Positions 37,952 to 50,179 of a stretch of 64,000 nucleotides of DNA are shown piece by piece (the first letter of the stretch is position 1; every line of letters begins with the position of its first letter). Origin of the DNA: Bacteroidota bacterium. GTDB lineage: Bacteria; Bacteroidota; Ignavibacteria; Kapaibacteriales; UBA961. The notes under the pieces were generated by a model that saw only the letters and a program-made list of their open reading frames with translations, did no database searches and was not told the DNA's origin. The stretch is taken from assembly GCA_049317525.1 (NCBI GenBank), contig JBMOIC010000008.1, positions 19,165-83,164 on the forward strand. The letters are read 5' to 3'. The position numbers and the translations under genes are program-made.

Positions 37952-38878
37952 CTAGATTAATGACAATGAAATTATTGAGAGCAATGTTGATAAGGCTATT
38001 AATTGTGCCAAAATATTTGTGTCTAATGTATATTCTTGTGCTATTACCAATGTTAATACCATTGTAGGCATACCAGATTCCAACATTATGGCTTTTGATA
38101 ATGGTTCCTGAATATGCAAAACATGAATAAGACCATATGCAATCAATGGGCCAATTGCTATTCGAATTATAGCAGCAGGTAGTATTAATAGTATCGAATT
38201 CAGCTTTGGGATATTTAATGCCATTCCAACTGAAATCATCATTAATGGTGGAACTGCATTACCTGCTATTGAACATGTTTTCAATATATCTGGATGAATG
38301 TCAATATCTACTATTTTACAAAGAATAGCCGCAAAAAGAGCATATAATGGAGGCAATCCTAGTATTCTTTTTAATCCAGAAATATATCTTTGCTTGAAAC
38401 TGCTTGTATCATCTGAATAATACCCAGCAATCATTGCACCAATAATCCATAATAAAGGTGTTAATGCTAGTAAATCATAAATCAATGGAATTGATCCATA
38501 TTGCTTACCAAGTATTCCTGTAACTATCGGATAACCAAGATATGTTGCATTGCACCAGGATGCTCCTAATACTAAAGCACCAATTGACTTATCTGATAAC
38601 AAATCTGGCCATATTCTTTTTATCAATACATAGATACTTACAGAAAACCCAATACATCCTATTGTTACAAGAGCTGCAATAAAAGGTATTTTCCATGATT
38701 CATCATGTAAAGGGGCAGCATATATTACCGAGAATGTAAGCAGAGGCAATAATATATAGAGAACTAAGCTATTTATAGCAGCCCTTAGCATATGGGAATC
38801 CGGAACGCCTTTAATATAACGCCATAGATATCCTAGTACGATAAACACAAAAAAACTAGTAAAAACACTATATATCAT
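37952..38878 (-). CDS. AEC (auxin efflux carrier) family transporter
   Basis: 308 aa with about 10 TM segments. Composition and length are typical of the AEC/membrane transport family. Confidence 0.7.
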   Translation of the reverse strand: MIYSVFTSFFVFIVLGYLWRYIKGVPDSHMLRAAINSLVLYILLPLLTFSVIYAAPLHDESWKIPFIAALVTIGCIGFSVSIYVLIKRIWPDLLSDKSIGALVLGASWCNATYLGYPIVTGILGKQYGSIPLIYDLLALTPLLWIIGAMIAGYYSDDTSSFKQRYISGLKRILGLPPLYALFAAILCKIVDIDIHPDILKTCSIAGNAVPPLMMISVGMALNIPKLNSILLILPAAIIRIAIGPLIAYGLIHVLHIQEPLSKAIMLESGMPTMVLTLVIAQEYTLDTNILAQLIALSTLLSIISLSLI

Positions 38879-38884
38879 AGTGCT

Positions 38885-40027
38885 TTACGATAATAATTCA
38901 ATGACTTGTTCACCTATTAAACTACCTAAAGCAATACCCATTCCATTACATCCAAATGCAATGATACAATGAGGAGATACTCTTTGTACAATAGACTGTT
39001 TATTCTTACTAAATCCCATAATGCCAGACCAATTATATTCTATTGTAAATGATTTTCCAGGTAGTATATCTTCTTGCAACATCTTCAATAATGCATGTTG
39101 TATGATTTCTGTGGATGCAAATTCATGAGTTGATTCACCTTCAAAATCAAGATTTCTACCACCACCAAGCAACACTCTTTTTCCAATATTTCTAAAATAA
39201 TAATAGCCTTCATCTGCATGAAAAGCACCTATAAATGACAAATTTTCTATTGGTGAAGTTACGATGATTTGTCCCCTACCAGGCTGTATATCAATCTGAG
39301 GTACTAGTGCAGAAATCCAAGCATTTGTACATACAATTGTTTCTTTAGAAATCATTGAATATTTGCCTAATAATGTCTGAATAGTTATCTCCATAACTTT
39401 CGGATTTTCCTTTATTTCAAGAACATTACTACCATATTCAATTCTTATTCCTAAAGATTGAGCTTTTGATTCCATAGCTTGAATTAAATACCCACTATGA
39501 ATTTGCCCTTCTAATGGATTATAAATTACCGCTTGTACAGATTGTCCAAATCCCAAGCGTCTGTGCTCTCTACGATTAAGAACAGTATATGTTGACTCTA
39601 TACCTGTTATCTGGCTCATCTGTTTATTCAAACTATCAAGAGAATCAAGCACATGCATTTCTTTCTCTCTGATAATTTCATAACCGCCATGCATTTCATA
39701 TTTTATATGATCATCAGAAAATCGATTTCTTAAAATTTGAAGACCTTTTATTCTTTGTTGAGCTATTGCTAAGGCTTTATCTTCACCTAAAACCTCTATA
39801 TCATGCAATAATTCAGAGGCACTGCCAAAGCAAGCAAAACCTGCATTTCTAGTAGTTGCACCCATTGTTCTAGGGCCACGCTCTAATACTACAATACGTT
39901 TATCAGGAAAAGCTAATGCTGCAGAAATCGCAGTAGATAATCCAATAATACCTGCTCCGATAATACATATATCGGTTTGGGAAAGAGCACTTTTCTCCCA
40001 ATAAGAACTAATCGGACCTTGATTCAA
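38885..40027 (-). CDS. FAD-dependent oxidoreductase (DAO family)
   Basis: 380 aa. Has the ICIIGAGIIGLS dinucleotide-binding motif and a C-terminal GFGCNGMGIALG. The start codon is a TTG, with no in-frame ATG before the GxGxxG motif. Confidence 0.75.
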   Translation of the reverse strand: MNQGPISSYWEKSALSQTDICIIGAGIIGLSTAISAALAFPDKRIVVLERGPRTMGATTRNAGFACFGSASELLHDIEVLGEDKALAIAQQRIKGLQILRNRFSDDHIKYEMHGGYEIIREKEMHVLDSLDSLNKQMSQITGIESTYTVLNRREHRRLGFGQSVQAVIYNPLEGQIHSGYLIQAMESKAQSLGIRIEYGSNVLEIKENPKVMEITIQTLLGKYSMISKETIVCTNAWISALVPQIDIQPGRGQIIVTSPIENLSFIGAFHADEGYYYFRNIGKRVLLGGGRNLDFEGESTHEFASTEIIQHALLKMLQEDILPGKSFTIEYNWSGIMGFSKNKQSIVQRVSPHCIIAFGCNGMGIALGSLIGEQVIELLS

Positions 40028-40134
40028 ACGTTTATCCTACTCATTTATGTACATAATAACTGCTATAAAGCCTACAACTATCATTCCATTTTATCTTTAA
40101 CCAAGAGATCTTAAAAAAAATACTTTCTAAACCA

Positions 40135-40142
40135 TATATTTG
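40135..40142 (+). promoter_or_regulatory. Candidate FCB-type -7 promoter box (TAtaTTTG) upstream of trpS
   Basis: Exact TAnnTTTG match 29 nt upstream of the ATG at 40171. Confidence 0.4.
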
Positions 40143-40170
40143 CCATATCATTTTAAGTAAAAGCGATATC

Positions 40171-41196
40171 ATGAAACCAGATATAATAGAAACTGAGAAT
40201 AAAAAAATCATTTTAAGCGGCATTCAAGCTAGTGGAGATTTAACAATTGGCCATTATGCTGGGGCAATACGCAATTGGGTAGAATTACAACAAGATTATG
40301 ATTGTTATTTTATGGTTGCTGATATGCATGCTATAACATCACGTCAAATTCCAGCAGATTTACGAAGACGCTCTTTAGATGTGGTTGCAATGTATGCTGC
40401 TTGTGGTATAAACACTGAAAAAAGCGCATTATTTATTCAATCACATGTTACAGAACATGCACAATTAGCTTGGATATTAAATTGTTTCACTGGTTTTGGC
40501 GAAGCGCAAAGAATGACGCAATTCAAGGATAAATCACAACAACATAGCGACAATATCAATGTTGGATTATTTTCATATCCGGTTTTAATGGCAGCTGATA
40601 TCCTTTTATATCAAGCAGATTTAGTTCCTGTTGGAGATGATCAAAAACAACATATTGAATTAACCAGAAATCTTGCCGAACGTTTTAATCATTTGTATTC
40701 GCCAACTTTTACTGTCCCCGAACCCTTTATAGCCAAAGAAGGCGCACGCATTATGAGCTTACAAGAACCATGGAAAAAAATGTCTAAATCAGACCCAAAT
40801 TCCAATTCTTGTATTTTTCTTCATGATGAAGATGCACTTATCATGAATAAAATCAAAAGAGCTGTTACCGATTCAGGTACTGATATTATTTTTGATATAG
40901 AAAATAGACCAGGCGTCTCAAATCTTATCACATTGTATCATGTTGCTACTGGCAAATCAATTAAAGAAATCGAAACTGAATTTGCAGGCCTAGGTTATGC
41001 ACCTTTTAAAGAGGCAGTTGGGAATGCTATGGTAGATTTAATCTCGCCAATCAGGAATACATTTAATGATCTACGATCTCATCCAGATGAAATATCTGCT
41101 CTCTTAAAAAGTGGAGCACAAAAGGCAAGTAAGCAAGCTTTTAAGACATTAAGAAAAGTATATAAAAAAATCGGTTTTGTAGAACCAATTCGATAA
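40171..41196 (+). CDS. trpS: Tryptophan--tRNA ligase
   Basis: 341 aa. Has the HIGH-like TIGHYAG and KMSKS, and shows TrpRS similarity throughout. Confidence 0.95.
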   Translation: MKPDIIETENKKIILSGIQASGDLTIGHYAGAIRNWVELQQDYDCYFMVADMHAITSRQIPADLRRRSLDVVAMYAACGINTEKSALFIQSHVTEHAQLAWILNCFTGFGEAQRMTQFKDKSQQHSDNINVGLFSYPVLMAADILLYQADLVPVGDDQKQHIELTRNLAERFNHLYSPTFTVPEPFIAKEGARIMSLQEPWKKMSKSDPNSNSCIFLHDEDALIMNKIKRAVTDSGTDIIFDIENRPGVSNLITLYHVATGKSIKEIETEFAGLGYAPFKEAVGNAMVDLISPIRNTFNDLRSHPDEISALLKSGAQKASKQAFKTLRKVYKKIGFVEPIR

Positions 41197-41205
41197 TTCT
41201 ACATA

Positions 41206-41760
41206 CTATATTTGTCCATATAGTTGTTTATATTCTTTTGCCACTTCCATATAATGAGCTGCTTGCCATGTAAAGCCTTGTCTTTCTTTATCGGTAATAT
41301 CTCGCATTTTTTTTCCTGGTATTCCAGCACACATTATACCGCTAGGTATATGCATTCCAGGCTTAATAACAGTTCCTGCTGCTATAATGGTATCGTCTTC
41401 AATAATTGATCCATCTAATATAATTGCTCCCATTCCTATTAAACATCTATTTCCAATGGTAGCTCCATGTACTATTGCCCCATGCCCTATTGTAACATCA
41501 TCACCAATTGTTAAGGCATATGTATCTGTAGTTACATGTAAAATTGCACCGTCTTGAATATTTGTTCTTTTGCCAATCCTAATGGGATATACATCACCCC
41601 TAATAATTGCATTATACCAAATAGAAGAATTCTCTTGTATGATAATATCTCCAATAATTCTTGCTCCATCACATATCAACACTGATGAATCAATGATTGG
41701 AAATATATTTTTATAGGGTAAAATGGTTGCTAAAGAAGAACCAAGATAAAATGGTTGCAT
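41206..41760 (-). CDS. Gamma-carbonic-anhydrase-like hexapeptide-repeat protein (YrdA/PaaY family)
   Basis: 184 aa. Left-handed beta-helix hexapeptide repeats with His ligand contexts (ILHV, GHGAIVHG). Confidence 0.85.
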   Translation of the reverse strand: MQPFYLGSSLATILPYKNIFPIIDSSVLICDGARIIGDIIIQENSSIWYNAIIRGDVYPIRIGKRTNIQDGAILHVTTDTYALTIGDDVTIGHGAIVHGATIGNRCLIGMGAIILDGSIIEDDTIIAAGTVIKPGMHIPSGIMCAGIPGKKMRDITDKERQGFTWQAAHYMEVAKEYKQLYGQI

Positions 41761-41792
41761 CGTTCTTTTATGTAAAGTAAATGTATAGAGTG

Positions 41793-41800
41793 CAAAAATA
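41793..41800 (-). promoter_or_regulatory. Candidate FCB-type -7 promoter box (TAttTTTG on minus strand) upstream of the gamma-CA-like gene
   Basis: Plus strand caaaaata, 33 nt upstream of the ATG at 41760. Confidence 0.35.
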
Positions 41801-41943
41801 CTTGAAACAATGTGTATGTAATCATAGTTATAGTTAAAACGTAGAGAAAAAAGAATAAAGTATATACTAATCCGATAATAAGTCCCTATTTTTACAATAA
41901 TTCAAGCAGAAATAGCTTGCTATTTTTATACAGCAGACTCACA

Positions 41944-42402
41944 ATGAAATATCAGATTCTTGAATCTCCATCCATAGAAGCATTATATCATAAAGAACGA
42001 TATCTTCTAAAGCGTATAACATCAGTATTATTTGCAATTGCTGGATGCTCATGGTTTTTATTATATGTACCCGAATCTATTATACATCAAAAAACTCATG
42101 AATTATTTAAACTCCAACAATATCAGATTTATGTATTACTGCTTACTTTATGGGGATTAGATTATAAAAGACAATTAGACAGGCTTACTTTGCTGTCACA
42201 AAAAGCAAGCTTATTACACAAAGATATCATAGACATACAATCATCAGATATTATCGAAGATGTACAAAAATTTGAAGTTTTGTGGTTAAAAAAGAATACA
42301 CATGGTAAACATATTTCATGGTTGATTACATGGACATTTTTATTAAGTGCATGTATCTTAATTATGAAACAATACATATTGATTTTTAACCAAAATATTT
42401 AG
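41944..42402 (+). CDS. Hypothetical membrane protein
   Basis: About 152 aa from the ATG at 41944 (the ORF track start at 41917 is a TTG). Has three hydrophobic segments. No recognisable family. Confidence 0.35.
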   Translation: MKYQILESPSIEALYHKERYLLKRITSVLFAIAGCSWFLLYVPESIIHQKTHELFKLQQYQIYVLLLTLWGLDYKRQLDRLTLLSQKASLLHKDIIDIQSSDIIEDVQKFEVLWLKKNTHGKHISWLITWTFLLSACILIMKQYILIFNQNI

Positions 42403-42437
42403 AATTCCCCTTTTTACATTATATATAAGTTATTGAT

Positions 42438-43982
42438 ATGAAAGAGTTTAAAAATGAAGTCTTTCTAGATTTCACTGATCCAGTTATTGAAAAAAAACAA
42501 AAAAAAGCACTACTTTCAGTTAGAGCAAATTTTGGTAAAGAATATCCAAACTTTATCAATGGAAAAGCTGTAAAAACTACTGCTAAAACCATTTCTCTCA
42601 ATCCTGCAAATACTGATGAAACGATCGGAATTTTTCAGAAATCTGGCAAAGACGATGCTGAAGCAGCAATGCAAGCTGCTCAAAAGGCATTTGAAACATG
42701 GAAATTTGTTCCAGTAAAAAAACGTGCAGATTTTTTATTTAAAGCCGCAAATATTATTCGTAAACGTCGCTTAGAAATCAATGCATGGATGATTTCTGAA
42801 GTTGGTAAGAATTATCTTGAAGCCGATGCAGATACATGCGAAGCCATTGACTTTTTAGAATTTTATGGCAGAGAAGTATTAAGATTTGCAGAAAAACAGC
42901 CTATCATACCCGTGAAAGGTGAAAAAAATAAGATGATCTATATTCCATTGGGTGTTGGAGTGATTATTCCACCTTGGAATTTTCCTTTTGCCATTTTAAT
43001 CGGAACTGCTTGCGCTGCAATTGCAGCTGGCAATACAATTGTTTTAAAGCCTTCATCTGATTCACCTATGATGGGATGGTTATTTGCTGATATTATGAAT
43101 CACCTTGGTTTGCCAAAAGGTGTTCTCAATTTTGTAGTTGCCTCTGGAGCAGAAGCTGGAGACTATTTAGTTCAGCATCCTAAAACTCGTTTTATCTCTT
43201 TTACTGGCTCTATGGAAGTAGGTTTAAGAATAAATGAATTAGCTGCTAAAACAAGTCCTGGGCAAATCTGGATTAAACGAGTAATCGCAGAAATGGGTGG
43301 AAAAGATAGTATGATTATCGATTCCGAAGCAGATATCGATGATGCAGTAAAAGGAACAGTAGCCGCAGCATTCGGATTTCAAGGTCAAAAGTGCTCTGCT
43401 TGCTCTAGAGTAATTGTAGATACTAAAGTGTATAAGGAATTTGTAGCTAAATTAAAACCAGCTGTAGAGGCTTTAGTACAAGGCAATCCTTTAGATAATC
43501 ATTTTATGGGCCCTGTAGTTTCCGCCAAAGCCGAAAAATCAATTTTAGAGTATATTGAAATTGGTAAAAAAGAAGGTAATCTTCTCACAGGAGGAGAAAA
43601 AATAAAAGGAATGAATGGTTATTTTATAAAACCAACAGTTTTTACCGATATTGAGCCAATGGCAAGGATTTCTCAAGAAGAGATTTTTGGTCCAGTTTTA
43701 GCTGTTATCAAATCTAAAAACTTTGAAGATTCTTTAGAAATTGCTAATAATACCATGTTTGGCCTAACTGGTGCGGTGTATACAAGTAATAAAAAGAAAT
43801 TAGCTAAAGCTGAACAAGAATTTCATTGTGGTAATTTATACTTAAACCGCAAATGTACAGGCGCATTAGTGGGCGCTCATCCTTTTGGAGGCTTTAATAT
43901 GAGTGGTACCGATTCTAAGGCTGGTGGTAGAGATTATATGCTTCTGTTTATGCAAGCAAAAACAATAAGTGAAAAGAAATAA
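42438..43982 (+). CDS. pruA: L-glutamate gamma-semialdehyde (1-pyrroline-5-carboxylate) dehydrogenase
   Basis: 514 aa. ALDH superfamily with EMGGKD and GFQGQKCSACSR catalytic motifs. The N-terminus FKNE.F.DF... and length are typical of RocA/PruA. Confidence 0.85.
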   Translation: MKEFKNEVFLDFTDPVIEKKQKKALLSVRANFGKEYPNFINGKAVKTTAKTISLNPANTDETIGIFQKSGKDDAEAAMQAAQKAFETWKFVPVKKRADFLFKAANIIRKRRLEINAWMISEVGKNYLEADADTCEAIDFLEFYGREVLRFAEKQPIIPVKGEKNKMIYIPLGVGVIIPPWNFPFAILIGTACAAIAAGNTIVLKPSSDSPMMGWLFADIMNHLGLPKGVLNFVVASGAEAGDYLVQHPKTRFISFTGSMEVGLRINELAAKTSPGQIWIKRVIAEMGGKDSMIIDSEADIDDAVKGTVAAAFGFQGQKCSACSRVIVDTKVYKEFVAKLKPAVEALVQGNPLDNHFMGPVVSAKAEKSILEYIEIGKKEGNLLTGGEKIKGMNGYFIKPTVFTDIEPMARISQEEIFGPVLAVIKSKNFEDSLEIANNTMFGLTGAVYTSNKKKLAKAEQEFHCGNLYLNRKCTGALVGAHPFGGFNMSGTDSKAGGRDYMLLFMQAKTISEKK

Positions 43983-43990
43983 AAAATAAA

Positions 43991-44017
43991 AAGCCATCTT
44001 TTCAGATGGCTTTTTTA
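43991..44017. terminator. Bidirectional rho-independent terminator between convergent pruA and the paaN-like gene
   Basis: aagccatct-tttc-agatggctt is a perfect 9-bp stem. A-rich 5' flank and T-rich 3' flank. Confidence 0.75.
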
Positions 44018-45691
44018 TTATGCTTTTCTAATTCCAACGATATTATATCTTGAACTAATAAATGTAATGTCTGTAAATGAAGCATTACCTGCAGGATTAG
44101 CTCCTGTACCATGAAAATCACTAAAAGCTGCCGATTGATTAACCCAAATAGGGCCAGTAAAATTACAAGCAAGAGGCGCTCCAGCCATTGTGATCTGCTC
44201 TTCTGCATATGATAAATCATCATGATTTATTATATATACAGCAGTAGACAAAGCACCATGCTTTTTGATACTAGAACTAATAAGATCTATTCCTTGATGG
44301 ATATCTTCTACTTTGATGATAAAACAAATAGGGCCAAACCATTCTTGCTCATATATGTCTGAATCAGACATCGTAGCTGATAGTATAATTGGAGAAACAG
44401 ACAAAGCATTATCAAAACCTTGATGTTTTACTTCATGAGAATCTAATACAATTGGAAGGCCTGTTTTTCTTACCATATTAACTCTCTCTAATACGGCAGG
44501 ATTTTGTAAAGCACCTATTGTACCAGGACCCATTTTTTCATTCAGAACAAGTGCTTGTACTTTTTCAGCAAAAGCTTTCATTACTTCATCGTAAGAGATA
44601 TAAGAATCACCTACTTTTACACCTTGTTTAGGAATATAAAAGTTTTGTGGCGCAGTGCACATTTGCCCACTATATAATGATACACTAAAAGCTAAATTAT
44701 CTAAAACAGCATCTAAAGATTCAGCTTCTGCTATAAGCACCGAATTTACTCCAGCTTTTTCGGTAAAGATTTGCTTGTTTGTACCAGATAACTCTTGCTC
44801 TAAGATAGAACCAAAATGAGAACTTCCAGTATAATCTATTAATGCAACTTTATGATTTTTAGCTAATTGCATTGTTATTGGTTGTTCTAATGAATCAACT
44901 GCCAATTGAATAATATGTGGATTTAAGCCCAGTGATACTAGCGTATCTTGGAAAGATTTAATACATATAGCAATAGGAAGAATTGCTCTTGGATGAGCTT
45001 TTGCAATAGAAGTATTACCAGTAATCAAGGATGCAAATATTCCAGGAAATGAATTCCATATAGGAAAAGTAGAACAACCTATCGTAATATTTATGCCCTT
45101 AGGAATAATACGAAATGATTTTTGAAGCGTAACTTCAAATCTACCCATTGGTTTTGTCCAGCTTGTTTCTGAACAAAACTGATTAATTGTCATATAGCCA
45201 GTAGCAATAGCTTCCAAAGCCCTATCAAATGCATGAGGCCCAGAGGCCTGAAAAGCCATTATGAAGCCTTGTCCTGTTGTATGCATTGTTGCAAAACCAA
45301 TTTCAAAAAAATGTTTTGAAGCCCTTTCTAAACATTCGATCAAAATTGCTGCACGTAATTCTGTAGAAAAAGACTTCCATTCTTGCTTAGCTTTATCTGC
45401 TTGTTCTATTAATGTTTCTGAAGCAAAAGATGGATACTGTATTTCTAAAGGAAAGCCATATGGAGACTGTTCATCACCAAGATAACCATCAGAACCATAT
45501 TGATAAGGTAATTCAAATCTAGCATGTAATGAGGCCTGAAAGGAAGATAATCCATCAGCTTGTGCTGTTTCTCCATAAATTTTTCCACTTGGTGGCTCTG
45601 GCCAATGAGCAAAGAATTGTCTGGATTGAACTGCTTCTACCGATTGCTTAAGTGTATTAGCATGTTTTTCTATAAGATGATCTAATTGCAT
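44018..45691 (-). CDS. paaN: PaaN-like aldehyde dehydrogenase family protein
   Basis: 557 aa. ALDH motifs FTEKAGVNS (Glu) and YSGQMCTAPQN (Cys). The N-terminal region (SRQFFAHWPEPPSGKIYGE) and length match my recollection of the PaaN subfamily. Not verified. Confidence 0.6.
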   Translation of the reverse strand: MQLDHLIEKHANTLKQSVEAVQSRQFFAHWPEPPSGKIYGETAQADGLSSFQASLHARFELPYQYGSDGYLGDEQSPYGFPLEIQYPSFASETLIEQADKAKQEWKSFSTELRAAILIECLERASKHFFEIGFATMHTTGQGFIMAFQASGPHAFDRALEAIATGYMTINQFCSETSWTKPMGRFEVTLQKSFRIIPKGINITIGCSTFPIWNSFPGIFASLITGNTSIAKAHPRAILPIAICIKSFQDTLVSLGLNPHIIQLAVDSLEQPITMQLAKNHKVALIDYTGSSHFGSILEQELSGTNKQIFTEKAGVNSVLIAEAESLDAVLDNLAFSVSLYSGQMCTAPQNFYIPKQGVKVGDSYISYDEVMKAFAEKVQALVLNEKMGPGTIGALQNPAVLERVNMVRKTGLPIVLDSHEVKHQGFDNALSVSPIILSATMSDSDIYEQEWFGPICFIIKVEDIHQGIDLISSSIKKHGALSTAVYIINHDDLSYAEEQITMAGAPLACNFTGPIWVNQSAAFSDFHGTGANPAGNASFTDITFISSRYNIVGIRKA

Positions 45692-45939
45692 TGTAAATCC
45701 TTAAATAAAATTTATGTCCACACCAAATTAATGAATTCATACAGGATGATGAACATTCTCTATAAAGCAAAAAATAATTAGTAAAATAAAGAAACCAATA
45801 ATCAACATTGTTTGTTCGAACTTTCTTGATTATTTACTCTCGAATCTCGAATTTAGCCTTAGATGTACGCACATATTTGATGCATAGACAAATAAAAACA
45901 AATACATATATTTTTCATCATTACATGAATTAGGAATAA

Positions 45940-48165
<2,226 letters not shown>

Positions 48166-48181
48166 TCTGATATATATAAGT

Positions 48182-48230
48182 AAAAGCCCTATTGGAGTCA
48201 ATATTTCCAATAGGGCTTTTTCTTTATTTT
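48182..48230. terminator. Strong bidirectional terminator between convergent katG and the MTHFR fusion gene
   Basis: aaaagccctattgga (48182..48196) pairs perfectly with tccaatagggctttt (48206..48220). The stem is 15 bp with a 9-nt loop and a T-rich tail. Confidence 0.8.
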
Positions 48231-48239
48231 ATATACACG

Positions 48240-50069
48240 TTAAAGAATATCTGCGGCATGTAAGATATTAATAGCCATATCATATTTTTTTGCAGGAGGC
48301 ATAATATATACACCTTGAACAATATGTTTTGCTTGCTTTAAAAACTCTGTCGCAATATTCATACCTTCAATTCCACTTTCAGTATTGGCATCTTTAAGCT
48401 TTTTTCTCACCCACTCTGGCACAACCATTCCAGGCACTTCATAATGCAAGAATTCTGCATGTTTAGTGCTTCTTAATGGAATAATTCCTAATATACATTG
48501 CATAGAAAGATGTTTTGTAGCATCAAGAAAATACTCTAATGTTTTTATATCAAAAACAGGCTGAGTAAAATACATGGTAGCTCCTTCTTGAGCTTTTTTC
48601 TCTAATCGCTTGATTTCTCTCTCGATATCGTCTGCCGCAGGATTAGCAGCACAAGTAATAAGAAATCGTGTAGATCTTCCCAAAGGATTGCCCATTAAAT
48701 CCATACCATGATTCATTCTATTTACAGCTCTGATTAATCCAATTGAATCAACATCATAAACCGAAGTAGCAAATGGATAATCACCAATTGATGTGGGATC
48801 TCCGGTAACAGCTAAAATATTTTTAACGCCTAAAGCATATGCACCTATTAAATCTGATTGCAAACCAACCATATTTCTGTCTCTACAGGCAATATGAGTA
48901 ATACATTCCATTCCTGTGGCAGATGAAATCATATAAGAAGCTGCTATCGGATTAATTCTTACCCTTGCCCTTGCACCGTCAAAAACATTAATTGCATCTA
49001 TACCTTGTTCTTTTAAATATGATGCTGCTTGTATTACATTGGAAATATCTAATCCACGTGGTATTTCTACTTCTACTGTCGTTAAAAATTTCTTTCCTAT
49101 TTTTTCAGCAAATGAAGAAACTTTATCGGAATCAATAGCTAATGTATTTACTTCTTTTATCAGCTTTGGAATATATCTAGAAGATCCAGGAATTTGATTA
49201 ATTACTGCATCTGATATCGCTTTGATATGTTGAACAGAAGCTCCCCCATCGGCTCCAATGATACATGCGCCACCTTGTACTAAAGAAACAGCAACTGAGG
49301 CCACATAATCAACCTCTGCATTATAAACGGCACGGCCATCAACTAAGGTTGGAATTGCAATTTCTGGTAATGCGCATAATGGCATCGACGTAACAGAAAG
49401 AGCTCTTATGATATCGCACATTCTTTGAGGGCCAACTGTTCCACTACTTCCGATTGCCAAAACCCCATATTTTTCAAGTCTGTATGCAATATCAGATGGA
49501 TAGGAAGTAGCTAAAACACTACCATCTTCTGGAAATGTTTTTAATGCTATAATTGGTATCTCATTATGAACAGAACGAACGGCTTTAATAGCAATTTCTA
49601 ATTCATCAATATCGATAAATGATTTTAGTATTATTAATTCTGCACCACCATCTATTAAGGCAACTGCTTGTTCTATAAATACTTGTAGTGCTTCATCTTC
49701 TGTTAAAGTACCAATTGGGACAAAGAATTTTTCTGTAGGGCCAATCACTCCGCCTACATAAGCATTTTGTAGTGCTACTGTTCTGGCTATCCACACCGCT
49801 TTTCTATTTATTTCATATACTTTATCACTTAAGCCAGCTTGTTCCAAAGTAATTCTGTTTGCATGGAAAGTATTAGTTAATAAAAGAGTAGCACCTGCTA
49901 TCAGAAAATCTCTGTAGATATGCTCAATAATTACTGGATTTTTCAAATTATAGACTTCCACGGGGAAATCTTTATAACCTCGAGATTGTAGTTCTATTTC
50001 TATTGAACCAGATGTAACAATAGGTTTTACACCTATGATATCAGAAAATTGTACTTTAGTTTTGCTCAT
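48240..50069 (-). CDS. Fusion of a homocysteine S-methyltransferase-like domain and methylenetetrahydrofolate reductase (YitJ-like architecture)
   Basis: 609 aa. The N-half resembles the Hcy-binding domain of MetH/BHMT (GATLLLTNTF, VGGVIGPT, GGAELIILKSF). The C-half has MTHFR motifs (HIACRDRN, NILAVTGDP, FTQPVFD, GIIPL). Confidence 0.85.
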   Translation of the reverse strand: MSKTKVQFSDIIGVKPIVTSGSIEIELQSRGYKDFPVEVYNLKNPVIIEHIYRDFLIAGATLLLTNTFHANRITLEQAGLSDKVYEINRKAVWIARTVALQNAYVGGVIGPTEKFFVPIGTLTEDEALQVFIEQAVALIDGGAELIILKSFIDIDELEIAIKAVRSVHNEIPIIALKTFPEDGSVLATSYPSDIAYRLEKYGVLAIGSSGTVGPQRMCDIIRALSVTSMPLCALPEIAIPTLVDGRAVYNAEVDYVASVAVSLVQGGACIIGADGGASVQHIKAISDAVINQIPGSSRYIPKLIKEVNTLAIDSDKVSSFAEKIGKKFLTTVEVEIPRGLDISNVIQAASYLKEQGIDAINVFDGARARVRINPIAASYMISSATGMECITHIACRDRNMVGLQSDLIGAYALGVKNILAVTGDPTSIGDYPFATSVYDVDSIGLIRAVNRMNHGMDLMGNPLGRSTRFLITCAANPAADDIEREIKRLEKKAQEGATMYFTQPVFDIKTLEYFLDATKHLSMQCILGIIPLRSTKHAEFLHYEVPGMVVPEWVRKKLKDANTESGIEGMNIATEFLKQAKHIVQGVYIMPPAKKYDMAINILHAADIL

Positions 50070-50123
50070 ATTTATTTATAAAATTCTGTTCAATATATCA
50101 CAAAAGGATTTCTATAAATTAAC

Positions 50124-50154
50124 AAAAAAAGGCATCTGCTTAAAGCGGATGCCC
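50124..50154 (-). terminator. Rho-independent terminator downstream of rpsA
   Basis: Minus strand reads gggcatccgc-tttaa-gcagatgcc followed by T7. The stem contains one G-U pair. Confidence 0.75.
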
Positions 50155-50179
50155 TTGTTTGCTACAATTAAGTAAATTA

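Noticed and set aside
50070-50179. Possible SAM/S-box riboswitch upstream of the YitJ-like MTHFR fusion, and likewise upstream of the PLP enzyme at 7549..7628
   Set aside because: These spacers are 110 and 80 nt. The first is largely occupied by the rpsA terminator. Neither is long enough for a SAM-I aptamer plus expression platform, and neither shows its conserved helices.
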